A stretch of 38,558 bases of DNA from Minisyncoccota bacterium. GTDB lineage: Bacteria; Patescibacteriota; Minisyncoccia; Phycocordibacterales; UBA9973. Shown here piece after piece: positions 9,667-20,596 of this stretch. Both the position numbers and the translations under genes were made by a program. Every line of letters starts with the position of its first letter. Within the stretch, counting starts at the first letter, position 1. The notes under the pieces were generated by a model that saw nothing but the letters and a program-made list of their open reading frames with translations, was not told where the DNA came from and did no database searches. The DNA lies in NCBI GenBank assembly GCA_043771685.1, contig JAYVGX010000004.1, forward strand, positions 1 through 38,558, in the 5' to 3' direction.

Positions 9667-10443
9667 TTATATGCCGAATACGCGGTTGGCATTTTCTAAA
9701 AGTTGTTTTGAGGTGTCTTCAAAAGTCATTTCCTTAATATCGGCTATTCTTTTTATGACCTCTGTGACCATATCTGGTGTACATCTTTTCCCACGATGTG
9801 GTGCAGGTGCCGCAAATGGAGCATCTGTCTCGGCCATTATACTTTCTATCGGTATAAATTTAATTACTTCATCGTAGTCACGCGAAAAGGTAATCGGTCC
9901 GTCAAAAGACATAGTATCCCCTCTTTCCAATATTCTTTTTGCTATACTTAAGTCACCAACAAAAAAGTGAAAGTTAGATTTTATATCTTTATATCCATCT
10001 AAAATATCTAAGACATCGATATATGCATCCATCGAATTCTTGCTAGGACGTGCGTGTATCATCAGTGGTTTATTTAAAGTTTGTGCAATTTTAATATGTT
10101 TTAAGAAAAGATTTTTTTGAGTCTCAACTAACACATCATTTTTTTGTCTAAAGTAATCGAGCCCACATTCGCCTATTGCGACAACTTTTTCGTTTTTTGC
10201 TAAAGATAGAAACTTATCATAATCAAAATCCTCTACTGTATCTGTTGGGTGCTGCCCCACACATGCAAAAAGATGCTCGTATTTATCGGCAAGTTCAATT
10301 GCAAGAGCTGAAGTCTTGTAATCACAACCAACAGTTATGGTTGCTATATTTTTTTGTTTTAAATCCTCTATCACACTATCTCGATCAGTATCGAATTGTT
10401 CTAGATTTAAATGTGAGTGAATGTCTATATGGTCGTATTTCAT
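9667..10443 (-). CDS. tatD: TatD family hydrolase/DNase
   Basis: DIHSHL, VGQHP, AIGECGLDY, IHAR, ETDAPF. Confidence 0.93.
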   Translation of the reverse strand: MKYDHIDIHSHLNLEQFDTDRDSVIEDLKQKNIATITVGCDYKTSALAIELADKYEHLFACVGQHPTDTVEDFDYDKFLSLAKNEKVVAIGECGLDYFRQKNDVLVETQKNLFLKHIKIAQTLNKPLMIHARPSKNSMDAYIDVLDILDGYKDIKSNFHFFVGDLSIAKRILERGDTMSFDGPITFSRDYDEVIKFIPIESIMAETDAPFAAPAPHRGKRCTPDMVTEVIKRIADIKEMTFEDTSKQLLENANRVFGI

Positions 10444-10444
10444 A

Positions 10445-11887
10445 TTAATCCTTCCTCATGAATAAAGGTTGCTCTGGTTTTTTGTTTGCTTTTATAAGTT
10501 CTTTTAATTTTACATTTGTTTCTGGCATTAATGGGTTGAGCATTCGAGCTATTTGGTACAAATCTAAAATCATTTCGGAAATCAATTTTTTGCCTTTTAC
10601 CTCATCTACTTTTATAACTTTAAATGGTTCTGTGTTTTGGATTTTTTTATCTAAATCATGAATTTTGTCCCAGACATAATCTATAGCCTTTTTAATATCA
10701 AAAGTTTCGTAAATACTAAAATATTCTGAAAAGTCAGAACTCTCTGGAATCTCTGGGCAACTATCTAAATATTTTTCTGAAAGAGTAAGTAATCTAGACG
10801 CTAGATTCCCTAAACCATTTGCAAGCCCGCTATTATATGCGTCTTTAAATCGCTCGGTAGTAAACGGACTGTCTTCATGACTTGAAACTTCGCGTAGTAA
10901 AAAGTAACGCAATGCATCGGTACCATATTCTGCTACTATGTCGCGTGGGTCTACAACATTACCGAGTGTTTTCGACATCTTGAGACCTCCATCGGCTGTT
11001 ATGAAGCCATTAACCACTATCTGATAAGAGTTGGGCAAATCCGCTGCCATGAGCATCGCTTGCCACATAGCACTTTGGAAACGAGTATTGTCCTTGCCAC
11101 AGTATTGAGTTGGGTTTCCACTTACCCAGTATTTTTCAAAATCACTATTATCTTCATACCACTTTAAAGTATTTACATAGTTTGTCAGTGCGTCAAACCA
11201 CACGTACATGACATGGTCACTGTCGCCTGGTACTTCTATACCCCATGGCATTTTTGATTTCAAGCGTGATATAGAAAAGTCTTGCAAACCACTTTTCACA
11301 AAAGTTTTTATTTCGTTAAAGCGAAAGTCAGGTATAACAAAATTTGGGTTTTTTTCATAAAAAGCAAGTAGCTTTTCTCCGAACTCACTATACTTAAAGA
11401 AATAATTTTCTTCATTGAGAACCGATATTTTATTTCCAGAATGATCAGGGCATTCGCCATTCTCATTTAATTCTGAATCTGTCTTTTCACTTTCGCAACC
11501 ATTGCAGTATTTGGCCTCATAATTTTTCTTGTAAATATAACCATTATCATATACACGCTTCCAGAAAGCCTGCGCTCCTTTTATATGAGAGTCGTCGGTA
11601 GTACGTATAAAATGAATGTCGGAACTTACACCGAACATAGACAGTTGCATTTTAAAAGTCTCAAAACCTGCATCGACAAAACTTTGTACATCTGTGTTTT
11701 GCTCTTTTGCTTTTTCAAATATCTTTATACCATGCTCGTCAGTTCCCGTATTAAAAAAGACATCGAAACCGGCCAGCTTTTTATAACGAGCGATGGTGTC
11801 GGCACGGACAAATTCTAAAGCATGCCCCATATGAAGCGGTGCATTTACATAAGGTAGTGTAGTTGTTAGATAAAAATCTTTGGACAT
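10445..11887 (-). CDS. metG: Methionine--tRNA ligase (short form)
   Basis: PYVNAPLHMGH, TGTDEHG, YVWFDAL, KMSKT. Confidence 0.97.
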   Translation of the reverse strand: MSKDFYLTTTLPYVNAPLHMGHALEFVRADTIARYKKLAGFDVFFNTGTDEHGIKIFEKAKEQNTDVQSFVDAGFETFKMQLSMFGVSSDIHFIRTTDDSHIKGAQAFWKRVYDNGYIYKKNYEAKYCNGCESEKTDSELNENGECPDHSGNKISVLNEENYFFKYSEFGEKLLAFYEKNPNFVIPDFRFNEIKTFVKSGLQDFSISRLKSKMPWGIEVPGDSDHVMYVWFDALTNYVNTLKWYEDNSDFEKYWVSGNPTQYCGKDNTRFQSAMWQAMLMAADLPNSYQIVVNGFITADGGLKMSKTLGNVVDPRDIVAEYGTDALRYFLLREVSSHEDSPFTTERFKDAYNSGLANGLGNLASRLLTLSEKYLDSCPEIPESSDFSEYFSIYETFDIKKAIDYVWDKIHDLDKKIQNTEPFKVIKVDEVKGKKLISEMILDLYQIARMLNPLMPETNVKLKELIKANKKPEQPLFMRKD

Positions 11888-11888
11888 A

Positions 11889-12953
11889 TTATTTGCGAGT
11901 TAAAGCTTTCTTTTCTTCTAAATCATTCATGAATTCTAATAAACATACAGCACAAGGAATAGCTAGAACTACACCCCAGAAACCAGCCAAAGTTGCTCCG
12001 ACAAGAGTAGCGAGGATTATAACCAACGGTGAGATACCTACGACTTTTTTAATAATCCACGGTGCAATTAAATAATTTTCAACTTGATGAAGTCCGAAAT
12101 ATAAAAGGAAAATTAAAACAGCCATAGTAACTCCACCGTCTAGATAACCAAAAACCATAGCTGGAATAAAGGCTAGAAATATACCAAAAGGAATCAACTC
12201 AAAGAAGGCAGTGATTAAAGCTAAGACAAAAGCATATTGGACTCCTAGAATCAATAGAATGACGTAAGTTAGAATTCCAATAACCAAACCTAATATCATT
12301 TGTCCTTGCATCCATAAACCGATTTTATGTTCAGTCCTTTGCCATAAACCAATAACATATTTCTCATATTTATCTGGGGTTACAATTGCTAAGAAATTTT
12401 CGATACCACGCTCTGTAATAGAAAGATAAAATGAAATTATAAAAATTAAGATCAAATTCAGAGCTCCACCAAAAGCTGAACCCACGATATCAACAAAATT
12501 ACCAGAAAGTCCATTTACTAAATTCTGAGTACTTTTTACAACGTCTGACAATGAAGCATTTTTAGATAAATTGTTAACAACACCTTTTGCGTCAGTTAGA
12601 GTATCGGGATTAAAAGTATTTAAGACACTATCAACTGGAATATAATTCTTTAGAGCAACAACTAGCGTCGACATTTCTTTTATAAATATAGGAATAAATA
12701 TACTTGCCAATATTGTAATTAAGCCGAAAACTAAGACGTAAATCAAAATAACCAATAGAGTTCGATTGGGTATGAATTTACGGAATTTTTTAACTCCACT
12801 TTCTACAAATGAAGCTACAACAATAGCTGTTAGGAGAATTAAAACAACGTCGATGAGTTTGTATAAAGCTAAAATCAATAAGCCAAATACAAATATACGC
12901 GCGAGAGTCCCATTTGACACTTCTATTTTCATTATATTATGGTTTTCTTGCAT
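11889..12953 (-). CDS. AI-2E family transporter
   Basis: Hydrophobic profile; ELIPFG, QVENYLIAP, GFWGVVLAIP. Confidence 0.9.
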   Translation of the reverse strand: MQENHNIMKIEVSNGTLARIFVFGLLILALYKLIDVVLILLTAIVVASFVESGVKKFRKFIPNRTLLVILIYVLVFGLITILASIFIPIFIKEMSTLVVALKNYIPVDSVLNTFNPDTLTDAKGVVNNLSKNASLSDVVKSTQNLVNGLSGNFVDIVGSAFGGALNLILIFIISFYLSITERGIENFLAIVTPDKYEKYVIGLWQRTEHKIGLWMQGQMILGLVIGILTYVILLILGVQYAFVLALITAFFELIPFGIFLAFIPAMVFGYLDGGVTMAVLIFLLYFGLHQVENYLIAPWIIKKVVGISPLVIILATLVGATLAGFWGVVLAIPCAVCLLEFMNDLEEKKALTRK

Positions 12954-12985
12954 ATAAACATTGTATCACAACGCTAAAAAGAGCG

Positions 12986-14257
12986 CTAGAATTTTAATAT
13001 TTCTAGAAATAAAGCTCTATTTTTATCCGGCCCAATCATTGCTAGATTTAGATTCTGTGTTTTAAATATAATTTTAGCCATTTTTTGAATATCGTCTGAT
13101 GTAACTTTTTTGATTTCTTTGATTTTTTCTTCTAAAGTTTTTATTTCGCTTTTCATTAACTCTTGCATACCATAAAAATTTGCTATATCATCACTTGCTT
13201 CAAGCGAGAGTTTCGTATTACCAATTATCATTGATTTCACTTTTTCTAATTCTTTTTCACTTACCTTGTCTGTAATTAGTTTTTTACATTCTTTCAATAT
13301 CTCGACAATCACTTCTTTTGTGCGAGCGTTATTTACACCTGCGGAAATTTGAAATGCACCATGATCACTTGAACTGTCATTATATGCTCGTACATAGTAC
13401 GCGACACCCATCTCTTCGCGTAGTTTCAAAAATAGTCGTGAGCTCATACCAGCACCAAGCACTGCACCGAGAACACCAAGGATAGTATTGCGCTTATCAA
13501 AAAGATCAAAAGACCGGACACCCAATACAAAGTGTGTTTGATCTGTTTCTTTATACTTCAATAAAACATTTGGTTTTATTTGAGAATCTTTTGTTTTTAA
13601 CTTTTTAGGTTTTTTATGTGCGTCTATATGTCCAAAATATTTTTCTACTTCTTTATAAACTTCATCACTTGTTACCTGCCCTGCTATAATTATAACCGTA
13701 TTTTCTGCAACATAATGTGCATTTTTATAATTTACGAAATCATCGCGTTTCATATTTGTAATATTTTCTTTTGGACCGGTAATGTTGTATCCAGCTGGCT
13801 GGTCGCCATACAGAACTTCTTGGTACATATCTTGGACATGGCGCTGTGGCATATCTTCGTACATATTTATCTCTTCTATTATCACCCCTTTTTCTTTTTG
13901 CATTTCTGCTTCAGGAAAAGTCGAGTTTAGATAGATATCGGATACTACATCAAAAATTTTTTTGAAATTCTTTGCATCACTTTTAGCATAGTAACCTGTC
14001 ATTTCATGATCCGTAAAAGCATTGTACTGACAGCCGAGGGCATCGAGTTCGTTCGATATAATCTGCGCACTTGGTCTTTTAGTCGTACCCTTAAAACACA
14101 TATGCTCTAAAAAGTGCGAGATACCGTTTATCTCTTTTGTCTCAAAATCACTTCCCGTTCCAACGAGCACCAAAACAGTAACTGTTGGATTATCTTTCAT
14201 CGGCAGTGTCACCACACGTAAACCATTTTTAAATTTTTTCTTTATTATTTTTTGCAT
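12986..14257 (-). CDS. M16 (pitrilysin-family) zinc peptidase
   Basis: HFLEHMCFKGT (HxxEH), NAFT, SSRLFLKLREEMG. Confidence 0.94.
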   Translation of the reverse strand: MQKIIKKKFKNGLRVVTLPMKDNPTVTVLVLVGTGSDFETKEINGISHFLEHMCFKGTTKRPSAQIISNELDALGCQYNAFTDHEMTGYYAKSDAKNFKKIFDVVSDIYLNSTFPEAEMQKEKGVIIEEINMYEDMPQRHVQDMYQEVLYGDQPAGYNITGPKENITNMKRDDFVNYKNAHYVAENTVIIIAGQVTSDEVYKEVEKYFGHIDAHKKPKKLKTKDSQIKPNVLLKYKETDQTHFVLGVRSFDLFDKRNTILGVLGAVLGAGMSSRLFLKLREEMGVAYYVRAYNDSSSDHGAFQISAGVNNARTKEVIVEILKECKKLITDKVSEKELEKVKSMIIGNTKLSLEASDDIANFYGMQELMKSEIKTLEEKIKEIKKVTSDDIQKMAKIIFKTQNLNLAMIGPDKNRALFLEILKF

Positions 14258-14258
14258 G

Positions 14259-14514
14259 TTATTTATTCAAAATTTTTTTAATATTATCAATTATTTTTGG
14301 TAAAATAAATTTCCAACCTGAATGAAGTGGTTCGGGTATAGTATCGAGAGTCACCCACTTTATCTCTTCGAAAATCAACTCCACCGCCGCCAAAATCCCA
14401 GCAACCATGCTCATCACGACAATTAGTACTTCTTTTGTTCATCAAAAAATTTCCTTGTCCATCATGGCATAAATACGCTACAGTTATTCCAACATAATCA
14501 ATTCCTTTTTGCAG
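14259..14514 (-). pseudogene. NUDIX hydrolase remnant with internal deletion and frameshift
   Basis: Reads (L)QKGIDYVGITVAYLCHDGQGNFLMNKRSTNCRDEHGCWDFGGGGVDF, then in another frame FEEIKWVTLDTIPEPLHSGW...ILNK*. The RExxEE helix is missing and the start is CTG. Confidence 0.8.
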
Positions 14515-14515
14515 G

Positions 14516-15949
14516 TTACTTAATCCTCTCTTTTATGAATCCTGCTATATCACTTATTTTAATTCTTTCTTGTTCTCCAGTGTCGCGGTGGCGGATAGTG
14601 ACAGTGTCGAGATTGTCAGGATTCTCGCCTAGTGTGTCGAAGTCTACAACGACAGACCATGGCGTACCGATTTCGTCTTGACGACGGTAGCGCTTGCCTA
14701 TGTTGCCATTGTCGTCGAATTCACACATAAATTCTTTTCTTAAAGACAAATATATTTCACGTGCTTTTGAAACTAATTCAGGTTTATTTTTCAAAAGTGG
14801 AAAGACCGCGCATTTTATAGGAGCAAGCCTAGGATCAAGTTTCATATAAACTCTGTCTACTTCTTGTTCTTTTGTCTCTGCGTTTTCTTTGTACTCAACT
14901 GTATAAGCACTATCAAGGAACATTAGAAATAAACGCGCCAAACCAACAGATGTCTCGACGATGTGTGGAGTAAAGCGAACTTTCTTTTCTTCATCGAAAT
15001 AGTCGAGCGCTACCCCTGAGTGTTTACTGTGTTGTGACAAATCCCAGTCTCCACGAGCGTGTATCCCCTCGACTTCTTTAAAACCATTTAAGCAAGTGAA
15101 ATTGTATTCTATATCATAAGCGTCACTTGCATAATGGGCTAGCTTATCATGTTTAAAGAAATGCAATTTATCTTTTTCTATGCCGTAGAGCAAATACCAT
15201 GACATGCGAGTATTTTTCCAATCTTCAAAAATCTCTTTTGTATTTTCTGGATCATGGAAATACTGCATCTCCATTTGTTCGAATTCACGTGTGCGAAAAA
15301 TAAATTGGCGGGCTGCTATTTCATTTCTGAATGCTTTACCGACTTGAGCCATACCAAAAGGCATTTTAGGATGCAAACTATCTACGGTATTTTTATACTC
15401 TAAATATATTCCCCCACAAGTTTCTGGACGCAAATACGTAACATTGTCCTCTGTTAAAATATCCACAGGTGAACCTAAGTTTGATTTTACCATCATCGAG
15501 AACACTCGTGCTTCGGTTAACTCGGCACGGCCACAATTAGCACAGACGAGCTTTTTATCGGCACGCAATTTATCCAGTTCTGTATTTATAAATTCGATAG
15601 TTGCTTTGTCAGCCACAATACCAAACTCTTCGAGTATATGATCGGCGCGGAAACGAGACTTGCAGTTTTTGCAATCAACTTGTGGGTCATTGAATCCACC
15701 AACGTGTCCTGATGCCACCCATGTTGTTGGATGCATAAATATAGCACTGTCGAGACCTAAAACATCTTCTCTCTCTTGAATCATGCTTTTTGTCCATGCA
15801 TTTTTTATATTGTCTTTCAAAAGAACTCCGTAGTGCCCATAATCATAGATACCTGCCATCCCACCATATATCTCTGATGAGGCAAAGACAAAACCGCGTC
15901 TTTTGCATAGTGAAATCAAATCTTCCATTGTGTTTTTTTCTTTTTCCAT
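14516..15949 (-). CDS. glyQS: Glycine--tRNA ligase, alpha2 type
   Basis: LCKRRGF, LRPET, GKAFRNEI, FRTREFEQME, IGKRYRRQDEIGTP. Confidence 0.96.
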   Translation of the reverse strand: MEKEKNTMEDLISLCKRRGFVFASSEIYGGMAGIYDYGHYGVLLKDNIKNAWTKSMIQEREDVLGLDSAIFMHPTTWVASGHVGGFNDPQVDCKNCKSRFRADHILEEFGIVADKATIEFINTELDKLRADKKLVCANCGRAELTEARVFSMMVKSNLGSPVDILTEDNVTYLRPETCGGIYLEYKNTVDSLHPKMPFGMAQVGKAFRNEIAARQFIFRTREFEQMEMQYFHDPENTKEIFEDWKNTRMSWYLLYGIEKDKLHFFKHDKLAHYASDAYDIEYNFTCLNGFKEVEGIHARGDWDLSQHSKHSGVALDYFDEEKKVRFTPHIVETSVGLARLFLMFLDSAYTVEYKENAETKEQEVDRVYMKLDPRLAPIKCAVFPLLKNKPELVSKAREIYLSLRKEFMCEFDDNGNIGKRYRRQDEIGTPWSVVVDFDTLGENPDNLDTVTIRHRDTGEQERIKISDIAGFIKERIK

Positions 15950-15953
15950 AGTC

Positions 15954-17855
15954 TTATTTTATAACTCTCTCATTACCATACTGGAAATTAGGATCGTTGA
16001 CAAGTAATGTATTCACCGTACCATATTTATCAGTTATTGTACTACCAGTATATAAATCAGTTCCAGTTAGATTAACTTCTTTCATTAGAACCGGTATGGA
16101 ATTAACTTGTAACAGAGACGGAGAGATAGCTATGACGAAAGACACTTCACGATTAGACTTAAATCCTGTTTGTTGTTCTACTTTACCGATATTCCAAGTA
16201 ATTTCTCGAGTAGAACTATTGTAAGTTACATTTTCTTTCACAGGACTAACTATCCCTATCCATGACATATATGACGGCAATACAGACGTGGCAACAGCTT
16301 TATCTAGAGAATTATTTGTATTAGAAAGAGTCCAGATGACTTTGTATTTAGTTTCTTTTTCAACTTTTGGAGGGAGCTCGCCTGATACATAATTAACTCC
16401 AGAAGTAATTTGGAAATCAGTATTTAATTTTATACTTTGCTTTATCAAACTTTTAATATCAGAAAAATTTATACCGTCAATGTTCTGCTTCCCGAGCAGA
16501 GAAAGCTCGAGTTTTATTTCTGGATTTTCTAAGAATTTACCGAAACCACTTTGGATTGGCTTGAGAGTGAATTCGACTTTTCCTTTTTGACCAGGTGCTA
16601 TGCTCGACAATAAAGAAACACTTTCTTTATCCCAAACAATACGATTATTTTTTGAATCAAAAAAACCATCGTTTGGAATTACATTTGTACGGTCAAAAGC
16701 CGTACCAGATAAATTCAAGAAAATCTTTGCATCTGTAATCGGTACAGATAAATTATTTGACCAAGTTATGTGTCCACTGATCTGATTATTTGGATTAACA
16801 GAGTAAGAATCCATTTCATTATTATTTACAAAAAGATGAGTTTCTAAGAATGGTTTAACTAGAGTTATCGAATGAATGAGTGTGCTGTATATCGTATCTA
16901 TATTTACCCCAGCATTACCTATTTCTTTATTACCAATAGAAACACGAAATACTTGCTCGTCATTATACTGACCGATCATTTTACCTTTGATAGCAACACC
17001 AAATGGTTTTTCTTTTGTAATCGAATCTATATTCCACATAAAGTTCCCAAAAGATGGTTTAGGAACTGCACTTTCAAAAACAAATCCTTGAGGATACTCG
17101 ACTTGAACCAAAGTATTACCTCCTGGTAATTTTGTATTCAAAATAGCTTTGACATTTATGTCTATTTCTTGATTAGCATTTATTTCTTTTGGAGCATCGA
17201 TAATTAATGATAACGGGGCGCTACTTATAGTAACTGGATATTCGATTTTTTTATTAAAAATAGCATTAGAATTATCTGGTTGATATTCTAAATTAACTAA
17301 AATATTTTTAATTGATTTTTCTTCTCCGTATAGAACTACTTTTACGTTTTGACTTGTACGTTCACCAGCTGCCATTGTGCCGATTTCGATACTAGGTAAT
17401 CGAGTCATCTCGATAGAGCTGTCTGCACTTCCTCGTGGATATTCCACAGATAAATTTACTAGTTTCAGTGAGGCGTTGTTTTTATTTGTGACATCTATTT
17501 GTAGTGATAGTTCTTGTCCACCTTCGATGAAGTTGGACCCTGTAACTAGCACATCTATTTTATCGTTTGAAATAATTATATTGTTACCTTTGTAATAAAC
17601 ATATACTCCAAAAAGCAATGCTCCCACAAAGAAAACGCACGCACTAATAAAAAATTTCTTAAAGAAAGAAGAGTGTGGTTTAGGCAGGTCATCATCATTC
17701 AAATTTTTAGGTAAATCACTATGATCCCAGTGATCACTTGCATCGTGTTTTATTTCATGTAGAACACCTTCGTGACGACGGACGGTAACAGTATCACGTC
17801 TATCGTATAATCTTTTTTTAATATCTTCAATTTTATGAATACTTTTATCTTCCAT
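15954..17855 (-). CDS. Membrane-anchored hypothetical protein with repeated beta-rich (Ig-like) domains
   Basis: One N-terminal TM then beta-rich repeats. Start moved to 17855 (MEDK) because the upstream 'MCYNKT' is the TGtTATAAT promoter. Confidence 0.8.
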   Translation of the reverse strand: MEDKSIHKIEDIKKRLYDRRDTVTVRRHEGVLHEIKHDASDHWDHSDLPKNLNDDDLPKPHSSFFKKFFISACVFFVGALLFGVYVYYKGNNIIISNDKIDVLVTGSNFIEGGQELSLQIDVTNKNNASLKLVNLSVEYPRGSADSSIEMTRLPSIEIGTMAAGERTSQNVKVVLYGEEKSIKNILVNLEYQPDNSNAIFNKKIEYPVTISSAPLSLIIDAPKEINANQEIDINVKAILNTKLPGGNTLVQVEYPQGFVFESAVPKPSFGNFMWNIDSITKEKPFGVAIKGKMIGQYNDEQVFRVSIGNKEIGNAGVNIDTIYSTLIHSITLVKPFLETHLFVNNNEMDSYSVNPNNQISGHITWSNNLSVPITDAKIFLNLSGTAFDRTNVIPNDGFFDSKNNRIVWDKESVSLLSSIAPGQKGKVEFTLKPIQSGFGKFLENPEIKLELSLLGKQNIDGINFSDIKSLIKQSIKLNTDFQITSGVNYVSGELPPKVEKETKYKVIWTLSNTNNSLDKAVATSVLPSYMSWIGIVSPVKENVTYNSSTREITWNIGKVEQQTGFKSNREVSFVIAISPSLLQVNSIPVLMKEVNLTGTDLYTGSTITDKYGTVNTLLVNDPNFQYGNERVIK

Positions 17856-17897
17856 TGTTTTATTATAACACAATAAAAACTCAAAATAAATTTAATC

Positions 17898-18482
17898 CTA
17901 TAACTGACTTTCTGACAAAGCTCGGTTAATATGTGATATGATTTGCTTTTTTTCTTTCAAGAAAACATCAAAAGCATTGATATCGAAATCTGAAGCTATA
18001 TAGTCCTTCATCGTGTGCCCATCTCCGATATAACCGAGCGCATGAGTAATACTTAAAACTAAATAGAGTTCCAGTGCCTCACGCGCTAAACTTGTCGTAT
18101 CCTCTTTATCTAATAAATAAAGAGCATTTACAAAGTCATCGAAAATCTTTTCATTTTTTTCTTCTCCTGCACACAACCTCTCTATGAGTTTGGAAACGCG
18201 AGAGATGAGTAACAGAGAATCTTTATTTCGTCGTGCATAAGGAAAAGAGTCTATGTGCGTTGCTGAAGTCACACGCCAGATATCTCGTCCTTGAACAAAG
18301 TCGATTTTAGCATAAGACAAGTCTTGTAAAGATGATTTCAATTTTGATTTACCTAAACGAATACCTTGAACCATAGCATGGACCAAACCCATCTCACGAG
18401 TATAGATAGTGAGCATCTTATTTGCTTCACCAAAATTCCGAGACCCTATAACAAAACCATGAGTGTGATGAATATGATGCAT
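17898..18482 (-). CDS. recO: DNA repair protein RecO
   Basis: GEANKMLTIYTREMG...QGIR..KSKL N-terminal OB-fold motif; next to glyQS. Confidence 0.88.
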   Translation of the reverse strand: MHHIHHTHGFVIGSRNFGEANKMLTIYTREMGLVHAMVQGIRLGKSKLKSSLQDLSYAKIDFVQGRDIWRVTSATHIDSFPYARRNKDSLLLISRVSKLIERLCAGEEKNEKIFDDFVNALYLLDKEDTTSLAREALELYLVLSITHALGYIGDGHTMKDYIASDFDINAFDVFLKEKKQIISHINRALSESQL

Positions 18483-18528
18483 TATATTTATTAAATACTT
18501 TTCTAATATTGTTTTTAAAAAAAAGATA

Positions 18529-20586
18529 TTATTTAATCAAGTTAAGATATACTCTTGTTTTCTTTCCAACAACTCCATCAGGGCTAAGACTGTTTTTTCT
18601 TTGGAATGCTCGAATTGCATCTATAGTACTTTTACCAAAAATACCATCTATTACAAGTTGCTTTCTTGAAGGTAGTGCTTTATTGAGAACTTTTTGAAGT
18701 TGGAGCACTTCAACACGTGAACTTTTTTTAGTAATAACTTTTTCAAACACGTATCCTGTCAATGTAGGAATAGTAGCCTTATCTAAAGAAACAGAAGTAC
18801 AGTTAGCATACACATACGAACTATTACCATCTATACTACCATTATTACATGTTCGAGTACTAGATTCACATGGTGCATTAACAAATGCCTGTGGGGCTAT
18901 GTATGCTTTCACGCTTTGTCCATGCTTAATTGTTTGATTATTAAAAAGGCAAGAATTCTGTGTTATATTTTGTAATACATTACACTGAGAACTTGAATAC
19001 TCACCAGATAGAACTCCGTTTGTACAGGTACGGGTTTGTGATATACATGAACTTCCATAAGGTACAGCAGAAGATTGATATGCTATAACAGAATGTCCAT
19101 GTGAAATTGCTTGGTTATTAAAACTACAAGAATTTGTGTCGAGTATAGGAGCTATGCACGAATTAGAAGCTATACAACTTGCAACTGAATACGAACTCAT
19201 ACAGTTATCTATCTTCGTTTGTCTACCGCAATTCGTCTGGTAGTCGCATAATTGTAATGCTTGAGATGCAACGATTGTATAATCAATATAATTTGTACAC
19301 CATGACAGTAATCGATCTCGTGAGATATTACCATAATCACGAAATATGTTCTCGGGATCTTTAATAATTGAGTGTGGTATTTCAACTATAGCATAGAGAG
19401 CACAATCCCAAGGATAAAGTACGTTTGAAACATCACACCGAGCACTAAGTGTTTCGGAACTCAAAATATTCCAGTCTGCTACCACAAAAGCAGGCGGTTC
19501 GTTATTTGAAGTTATGTTTCTTGTTTTAGCTGGTACACACTTTTCTTCTATAACGGTTCCTGTTTTTGTATCTGTACGCTGTAAACATGCTGTATAAGTT
19601 CCTACAACTGCATCATATAGCTGGAAGCCTTTTATACGCAAAGGAAACATAGAGGTAGGTTTATACCATGATGTAGGGAACAAGCTAGTGGGATCCAAAA
19701 TTGCATCAAAATAAGGTATTCGTAAAACTTGGTAACGTGCATCACCTGTAATGTATCTTTCAAATGTCACCGCACACCAACGTTGACCAGAGTTTAGTTG
19801 TGTATCACCTGCAGACGTATTGCATACAAATTTAGTATTAGCAGGTATATATAGAGGATTTGCAGAAAAATCTGTAGTACGTTCCCATGAACCATCAGAT
19901 CCTGATTGTAATATGTTTAAACAAAACTTTTCAGTGTATCCTCCAGATCTAGGATTATACAGTGGTATTTGGTCACGATATGCAGAGAAACAATAGTCTG
20001 CTGTAGCACCTTTTCTAAAATAAGTGTTCATAGTAACACTCGTGACTCTTATATCATATGGAAACGATTTAGGCGCAAATGTCACAGGACCACTCTCAAC
20101 CCATACTAGCTTGTTTTCAGTTGGGTTTGGTGCAGGAGGTGGTGGTGGATAATCAATAACAGTAACAGAAGAAGGACCACAGCTCTCTCCAAACCATGCA
20201 ACATTTTGCTGTACCATACGATATGCACCGGAATAAGAACCAGTAGTAGACGGTGCAGTAAGTGTAAAAGTAAATGTCTTACTCTCACCAGACAGAACTT
20301 GACCATTAAAAATTATGGCAATCGGTGTCAATGATATACCACCGAGTACTTGAGGCCATACTGTAGCAACATAGGACGAACTAGGGTTTACTACATTATC
20401 TACCCAAGTGCTCGTACCTGTATTTTTAAAAGTAACAGAAACAGAACGAGATTCTCCTACAGTTAGAGTTGAAGGTATTGTAGAAGCAATACACTGAGCG
20501 TCATTTTCTACTGCAAATATACTAGGAGCATAAAAAAAACTTAGTATAAAAACAATAATCATTAATGAAGAAAGTTTGTATTTCAT
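18529..20586 (-). CDS. Secreted modular protein: NBR1-like Ig domain, Pro linker, Cys-rich repeats, C-terminal peptidoglycan-binding domain
   Basis: Signal peptide; VTFKNTGTSTW...FTLTAPSTTGSY...WFGE; PPPPPAP; two SCxFNNQxIxHGxSVxAY..RTCxNG repeats; LQKVL..DGIFGKST..FQRKNSLSPDGVVGKKT. Confidence 0.8.
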   Translation of the reverse strand: MKYKLSSLMIIVFILSFFYAPSIFAVENDAQCIASTIPSTLTVGESRSVSVTFKNTGTSTWVDNVVNPSSSYVATVWPQVLGGISLTPIAIIFNGQVLSGESKTFTFTLTAPSTTGSYSGAYRMVQQNVAWFGESCGPSSVTVIDYPPPPPAPNPTENKLVWVESGPVTFAPKSFPYDIRVTSVTMNTYFRKGATADYCFSAYRDQIPLYNPRSGGYTEKFCLNILQSGSDGSWERTTDFSANPLYIPANTKFVCNTSAGDTQLNSGQRWCAVTFERYITGDARYQVLRIPYFDAILDPTSLFPTSWYKPTSMFPLRIKGFQLYDAVVGTYTACLQRTDTKTGTVIEEKCVPAKTRNITSNNEPPAFVVADWNILSSETLSARCDVSNVLYPWDCALYAIVEIPHSIIKDPENIFRDYGNISRDRLLSWCTNYIDYTIVASQALQLCDYQTNCGRQTKIDNCMSSYSVASCIASNSCIAPILDTNSCSFNNQAISHGHSVIAYQSSAVPYGSSCISQTRTCTNGVLSGEYSSSQCNVLQNITQNSCLFNNQTIKHGQSVKAYIAPQAFVNAPCESSTRTCNNGSIDGNSSYVYANCTSVSLDKATIPTLTGYVFEKVITKKSSRVEVLQLQKVLNKALPSRKQLVIDGIFGKSTIDAIRAFQRKNSLSPDGVVGKKTRVYLNLIK

Positions 20587-20596
20587 AAGTTTATTT

